NCBI GenBank assembly: GCA_040905815.1
Contig: JBBDQT010000053.1
Coordinates: 1-49,768 of the forward strand
Direction of reading: 5' to 3'
DNA length: 49,768 nt
Source of the DNA: Acidimicrobiales bacterium
GTDB lineage: Bacteria > Actinomycetota > Acidimicrobiia > Acidimicrobiales > CADCSY01
In this document: in pieces, positions 45,702 to 49,768 of the stretch
How positions within the stretch are numbered: position 1 is the first letter of the stretch
Layout: the number at the start of each line of letters is the position of its first letter
Notes under the pieces: generated by a model
The model's input: only the letters and a program-made list of their open reading frames with translations
Database searches by the model: none
What the model was told of the DNA's origin: nothing
Translations under genes and position numbers: made by a program

Positions 45702-46469
45702 ATGGAGACGCTGAAGCTGACGCGCTCGGGCGGGGTGGCGACGCTCACCCTCGACCGCCCCGCCAAGAAGAACGCGATCAACGACGCCATGTGGTCCGAG
45801 CTGCGGGCCGTGCTCGACGAGGTGGCGGCCACGAGCGAGGACCGCGTGCTCGTCGTCACCGGCGCCGGCGGCGCCTTCTGCTCCGGCGCCGACCTGTCCG
45901 ACGTGCGGGGCGAGCGGCACCAGCTCGAGAAGATGCGCGACATCGCCGACGTCGCCCTGCGGCTCCACCGCCTCGCCAAGCCGACCATCGCCAAGGTCGG
46001 CGGCGTCGCCGCAGGGGCCGGGTGCAACCTCGCGTTCGGCTGCGACCTCATCGTGGCCAGCGACGAATCGCGCTTCAGCGAGATCTTCGCCAAGCGGGGT
46101 CTCAGCATCGACTTCGGCGGCTCCTACCTGCTGCCCCGGCTCATCGGGCTGCACAAGGCGAAGGAGCTCGCGTTCTTCGCCGACATCATCTCCGCCGGGG
46201 AGGCAGCCGACCTCGGCCTCGTGAACCGGGTCGTCCCCGCAGCGGAGCTCGACGCGTTCGTCGACGGTTGGGCGACCCGCCTGGCCGCCGGCCCTCCGCT
46301 CGCCCTCTCGATGACCAAGACGATGCTGAACAACGCGTTCGCCGTCTCGATGGACCAGGCGCTCGAGGACGAGAGCCGCTGCCAGACCGTCAACTTCGCC
46401 ACCACCGACACCATGGAGGCGATGCGGGCGTTCGTCGAGAAGCGCGACCCTCGGTTCGAGGGCCGGTAG
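45702..46469 (+). CDS. enoyl-CoA hydratase/isomerase (crotonase) family protein
   Basis: LTLDRPAKKNAI, VVTGAGGAFCSGADL, IAKVGGVAAGAGCNLAFGCD. Confidence 0.9.
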   Translation: METLKLTRSGGVATLTLDRPAKKNAINDAMWSELRAVLDEVAATSEDRVLVVTGAGGAFCSGADLSDVRGERHQLEKMRDIADVALRLHRLAKPTIAKVGGVAAGAGCNLAFGCDLIVASDESRFSEIFAKRGLSIDFGGSYLLPRLIGLHKAKELAFFADIISAGEAADLGLVNRVVPAAELDAFVDGWATRLAAGPPLALSMTKTMLNNAFAVSMDQALEDESRCQTVNFATTDTMEAMRAFVEKRDPRFEGR

Positions 46470-46591
46470 CGCCCTCGTCGACACCTTCGGTCGCCCGCGT
46501 CGCTGTCACACGGGCGGCCTAGGGTTCCCGCAACGCTCGAGCGCCGGCGCACGGCACTCCTCTCGCCACCTGCCGCAGAGGAGCGTCACCC

Positions 46592-48103
46592 GTGCTCGCC
46601 ATCATCCCGTCCGCCACCCTGCTCGGTGTCGAGGGCCGGCCCGTCTCGGTCGAGGTCCACGTCTCGAACGGCCTGCCCGGCTACACCGTCGTCGGCCTGC
46701 CCGACACCGCCTGCCGCGAGTCGCGCGACCGGGTGCGGGCCGCGCTCATGTCCAGTGGCGTCAGCTGGCCGATGAAGCGGACCACGGTGAACCTCGCCCC
46801 GTCCGACCTGCGCAAGAGCGGCGCCGGCCTCGACCTCGCCATCGCCGTCGGGTTGCTCGTCGCCTCGGAGGTGCTCGACGAGGCGGCGGTGTCGGGCCAC
46901 GGGTTCCTCGGCGAGCTCGGGCTCGACGGGTCGCTGCGGCGGGTGCCCGGCATGGTGCCGCTCGTCGCCGCGCTGCCGGGGGACGTGGCGGTCGTCCCGC
47001 CGTCCTGCGCCGAGGAGGCGACGCTCGTCGGACGGCACCGTGTCCGCTCCGCCAACACGCTCGGCGAGCTGGTCCTCGCCCTCCGGGGCGACGCCCCCTG
47101 GCCCGACCCGCCGGTGCCCGGCGAGCCCGAGGCGCCCGAGGCCGAGCCGGACCTGGCGGACGTGCGGGGCCACCGCCTCGTGCGCACCGCGCTCGAGCTC
47201 AGCGCGGCCGGTGGCCACCACCTTCTCATGGTGGGGCCACCGGGATCGGGCAAGACGATGCTCGCGCGCCGGCTGCCCGGCTTGCTCCCCGACCTCGGGC
47301 CGGAGGAGGCGCTCGAGGCGACGATCGTCCACTCCGCGGCCGGGCGCGCGCTGCCGGTCGGCGGGCTCGTCCGCCGGCCACCGCTGCGGGCCCCGCACCA
47401 CGGTGCCTCGGCCGTCTCCCTCATCGGCGGGGGCACTGCCCAGCTGCGGCCGGGCGAGGTCTCCCTCGCTACGAACGGCGTGCTGTTCCTGGACGAGCTC
47501 GGCGAGTTCCCGGCCGTGATCCTCGACTCGCTCCGCCAGCCGCTCGAAGAAGGCGTCGTCCGGGTGTGCCGGGCGGCGGCCTCCGTCTCGTACCCGGCGC
47601 GCTTCCTCCTGGTCGGCGCCATGAACCCGTGCCCGTGCGGCGAGGCGAGCACGCCCGGCGCCTGCCGCTGCTCCGACGCCGCCCGGCTGCGGTACCAGCG
47701 CCGCCTCTCCGCCCCCCTCCTCGACCGGTTCGACCTGCGCCTCGAGGTGTGCCGTCCCGATCCTGGCGACCTGCTCGCGGGGCCGCCTGGGGAGGCGACC
47801 GCGGCGGTCGCCGAGCGCGTCGCGTTCGCCCGCCTCCTCGCCATGGAGCGCGGCGTGCGGTGCAACGCCGACATGCCGGGCTCCCGCCTCGACGAGATCG
47901 CACCGCTCGACCCCGGTGCCGCCGCCTTCCTGGAGCACGGCCTGCGGGTCGGGACCCTCACCGCCCGCGGCCTGCACCGGGTCCGGCGCGTCGCCAGGAC
48001 GATCGCCGACCTCGCAGGACGGCCGGGACCGGTCTCGGCCGAGGACATCTCGCTCGCCCTCAACCTGCGCGCCGAGCCGGTTCGCCTCGGGGTGGCGGCA
48101 TGA
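46592..48103 (+). CDS. YifB/ComM family Mg-chelatase-like AAA+ ATPase
   Basis: Lon-protease-like N-domain (VNLAPSDLRKSGAGLDLAIAVG), MVGPPGSGKTMLARRLPGLLP, GVLFLDELGEF, zinc-finger-like NPCPCG...CRC. Confidence 0.9.
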   Translation: MLAIIPSATLLGVEGRPVSVEVHVSNGLPGYTVVGLPDTACRESRDRVRAALMSSGVSWPMKRTTVNLAPSDLRKSGAGLDLAIAVGLLVASEVLDEAAVSGHGFLGELGLDGSLRRVPGMVPLVAALPGDVAVVPPSCAEEATLVGRHRVRSANTLGELVLALRGDAPWPDPPVPGEPEAPEAEPDLADVRGHRLVRTALELSAAGGHHLLMVGPPGSGKTMLARRLPGLLPDLGPEEALEATIVHSAAGRALPVGGLVRRPPLRAPHHGASAVSLIGGGTAQLRPGEVSLATNGVLFLDELGEFPAVILDSLRQPLEEGVVRVCRAAASVSYPARFLLVGAMNPCPCGEASTPGACRCSDAARLRYQRRLSAPLLDRFDLRLEVCRPDPGDLLAGPPGEATAAVAERVAFARLLAMERGVRCNADMPGSRLDEIAPLDPGAAAFLEHGLRVGTLTARGLHRVRRVARTIADLAGRPGPVSAEDISLALNLRAEPVRLGVAA

Positions 48104-49272
48104 ACGGCTCTGGTGCGGCACCGGACCGTTGCGACGAGAAGGCGAGCGACCTGTCGTCCACGGCCTGGGTCGCCGCCCTCGCCGGCCTGCCCAAGATGGG
48201 CCCGGTCCGGATGCGGGCGCTGCTCGACGCCTGGCCTGCTCAGGAGGCGTGGCGACGGGTGCGGGCGGGCGGGCTCGAGACGGAGCGACGGGTCGTCGAG
48301 GCGTGCCGCGGCCTCACCGCCGAGGTGGCGTCGCAGTGGGCGCTGGTGGCGCGGGAGACCGACGTCGCCGAGAGGTGGCACGCGCACCGTGAGCGTGGCA
48401 TCGCCGTCCTCACCGCCGACGACCCCTCGTGGCCGGCGGCGTTCGCCGACGATCCGGAACCTCCGGTCGTGCTCTTCGTGCGGGGCGACGTCGCCGCCCT
48501 CGGGGCGCCGACCGTGGCGATCGTCGGCACCCGGCGGTGCACGCCGACGGGTCGGGCAGTGGCACGCGAGCTTGGCTTCGACCTCGCCGGCGCCGGGGTG
48601 CGCGTCCTGTCCGGCCTCGCCCTGGGCATCGACGGGTCCGCCCACGGGGGCGCTCTCGCCGCCGAGGCCGCCCCGCCGGTCGGCGTGGTCGGCACCGGCC
48701 TCGACCTCACCTACCCCCGAGCGCACGCCGCGCTGACCGACCAGGTCGCCGAGGCGGGAGCGGTCGTGACCGAGTACCCGCTGGGGACGCCGCCCGCGGC
48801 CTGGCGCTTCCCCGCCCGCAACCGGATCCTCGCCGCCCTCGCACAGGCCGTCGTGGTGGTCGAGAGCTCCGCCACCGGCGGCTCGATGCACACGGTCGAC
48901 GCCGCCCTCGAGCGCGATCGCAGCGTGCTCGCCGTGCCCGGTTCGGTCCGCAACCCGGCGGCCGCGGGGACGAACGGCCTCCTCGCCGCAGGTTGCGCGC
49001 CGGCACGCGACGCCACCGACGTCCTCGTCGCCCTCGGTCTCGACACGGTCGGACGGTCCCCGGCTCGCCCGCCGGCGCCGTCGGTCGAGGTGTCGGCCGA
49101 CCAGCGCCTCGTGCTCGGCGCGCTCGGGTGGGACGCCACGACGCTCGAGCAGGTCGCCGACCGCCTCGACGTCCCGCTCGGCCCCGTGGCCCTCCACCTC
49201 GCCGAGCTCGAGCGGCTGGAGCTCGTCGCCCGCACCGGCGCGTGGTACACCCGCCTCGCCCCCACATGGTGA
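48100..49272 (+). CDS. dprA: DNA processing protein DprA
   Basis: VAIVGTRRCT, SGLALGIDGSAHGGAL, FPARNRILAAL, plus a C-terminal winged-helix-like domain. The ATG overlaps the upstream stop (ATGA). Confidence 0.9.
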   Translation: MNGSGAAPDRCDEKASDLSSTAWVAALAGLPKMGPVRMRALLDAWPAQEAWRRVRAGGLETERRVVEACRGLTAEVASQWALVARETDVAERWHAHRERGIAVLTADDPSWPAAFADDPEPPVVLFVRGDVAALGAPTVAIVGTRRCTPTGRAVARELGFDLAGAGVRVLSGLALGIDGSAHGGALAAEAAPPVGVVGTGLDLTYPRAHAALTDQVAEAGAVVTEYPLGTPPAAWRFPARNRILAALAQAVVVVESSATGGSMHTVDAALERDRSVLAVPGSVRNPAAAGTNGLLAAGCAPARDATDVLVALGLDTVGRSPARPPAPSVEVSADQRLVLGALGWDATTLEQVADRLDVPLGPVALHLAELERLELVARTGAWYTRLAPTW

Positions 49273-49384
49273 TGACGGGCGAGGGGTGCGGTCGACCCCG
49301 GGCGAGACCTCGTCCTGTCGCTGGGCTGCCGGGCCCCAGCCCGCCATGACGCGCGGCGCCGGCGGTCCGCCGTTACCGTTCTTC

Positions 49385-49768
49385 TGTGGATTGGGAGCTC
49401 GACACGTTCACGAGGTCGCTCACCTCCGCGGCGCCGGCCACCGTCACCGCCTACCGGAGCGACCTCGACGCGTTCGTCGAGTGGGCGGCAAGGTCGGGCA
49501 TCGACGGCCCCGAGACGGTCGACCGCCTCGTGCTGCGCCGGTACGTGGCGTTCCTCGCCACCCGCCGGTACGCCAAGCGGACCGTGGCCCGCAAGACGTC
49601 GTCCATCCGCCGCTACTTCGCCTGGGCGGCCCGAACCGGGCGGCTGCCGGCCGATCCCGCAGCCGGGCTCTCCGCTCCCTCGGGCGGCGGGCGCCTGCCC
49701 CGCGTGCTCCGGGGAGACGAGCTCGCCGGACTGCTCGACGAGCCGCCGGCCGCGGTCGACGCCGACCC
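49385..49768 (+). CDS. xerC: tyrosine recombinase XerC, N-terminal part (runs off the right edge)
   Basis: Translation from GTG 49385: VDWELDTFTRSLTSAAPATVTAYRSDLDAFVEWAARSG...RRYVAFLATRRYAKRTVARKTSSIRRYFAW (phage-integrase SAM-like N-domain). Position after dprA matches the conserved order. Confidence 0.8.

Noticed and set aside
46681-49347. 888-aa minus-strand ORF and other long ORFs overlapping comM/yifB and dprA
   Set aside because: Antisense GC artefact. The plus-strand frames carry clear AAA+ and DprA motifs.
49385-49768. Tyrosine recombinase as a marker of an integrated mobile element
   Set aside because: Its N-terminal sequence and its position directly after comM-dprA fit the housekeeping XerC. 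No att-like repeats or cargo genes are visible in the window.

Overview
High-GC (roughly 70%) Actinomycetota-type chromosomal segment, almost entirely coding (about 60 CDS). I recognised no rRNA, tRNA, CRISPR array, transposase or phage gene. The backbone is the ancient ribosome / SRP / chromosome-maintenance synteny block. Its order here is rpmB | yloV(DAK2) ... recG-rsmD-coaD-coiled-coil-yceD(DUF177)-rpmF-plsX-acpP-rnc-Fpg-like ... smc-ftsY-(small membrane protein)-ffh-rpsP-KH-rimM-trmD-rplS-lepB-DUF2469-yraN ... comM/yifB-dprA-xerC. The left third (1-16.5 kb) is mixed housekeeping and metabolism: a NYN/S1 nuclease, xthA, def, an alpha/beta hydrolase-CoA transferase-FeADH operon, TerC, MoxR-DUF58-VWA and pckG. 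Three blocks interrupt the conserved backbone. (i) An opposite-strand HAD-Fpg-GGCT-like operon lies between yloV and recG (18.96-21.36 kb). (ii) A five-gene island lies between the rnc-linked Fpg-like gene and smc (29.7-34.7 kb); it contains a BNR beta-propeller gene followed 10 nt later by a CysO-like ubiquitin-fold gene whose ORF runs 25 codons past the Gly-Gly. (iii) A small TM ORF plus an enoyl-CoA hydratase lie between yraN and comM. The four items I rate most worth follow-up are listed here. (a) A ~59-nt double-hairpin element occurs twice at 57/59 identity, each time directly after a stop codon in a ribosome-biogenesis operon (rpmF|plsX and KH|rimM). (b) A Regnase/Zc3h12a-like NYN nuclease is fused to an S1 domain and a ~315-aa basic disordered tail. 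(c) The BNR-propeller / extended Ubl pair. (d) A 275-nt structured non-coding gap lies upstream of ffh. I see no recognisable defence or mobile system. All calls rest on reading the supplied translations and the nucleotide sequence and on remembered family motifs; no searches or folding programs were run. Start codons in this GC-rich DNA are often uncertain by tens of nucleotides.
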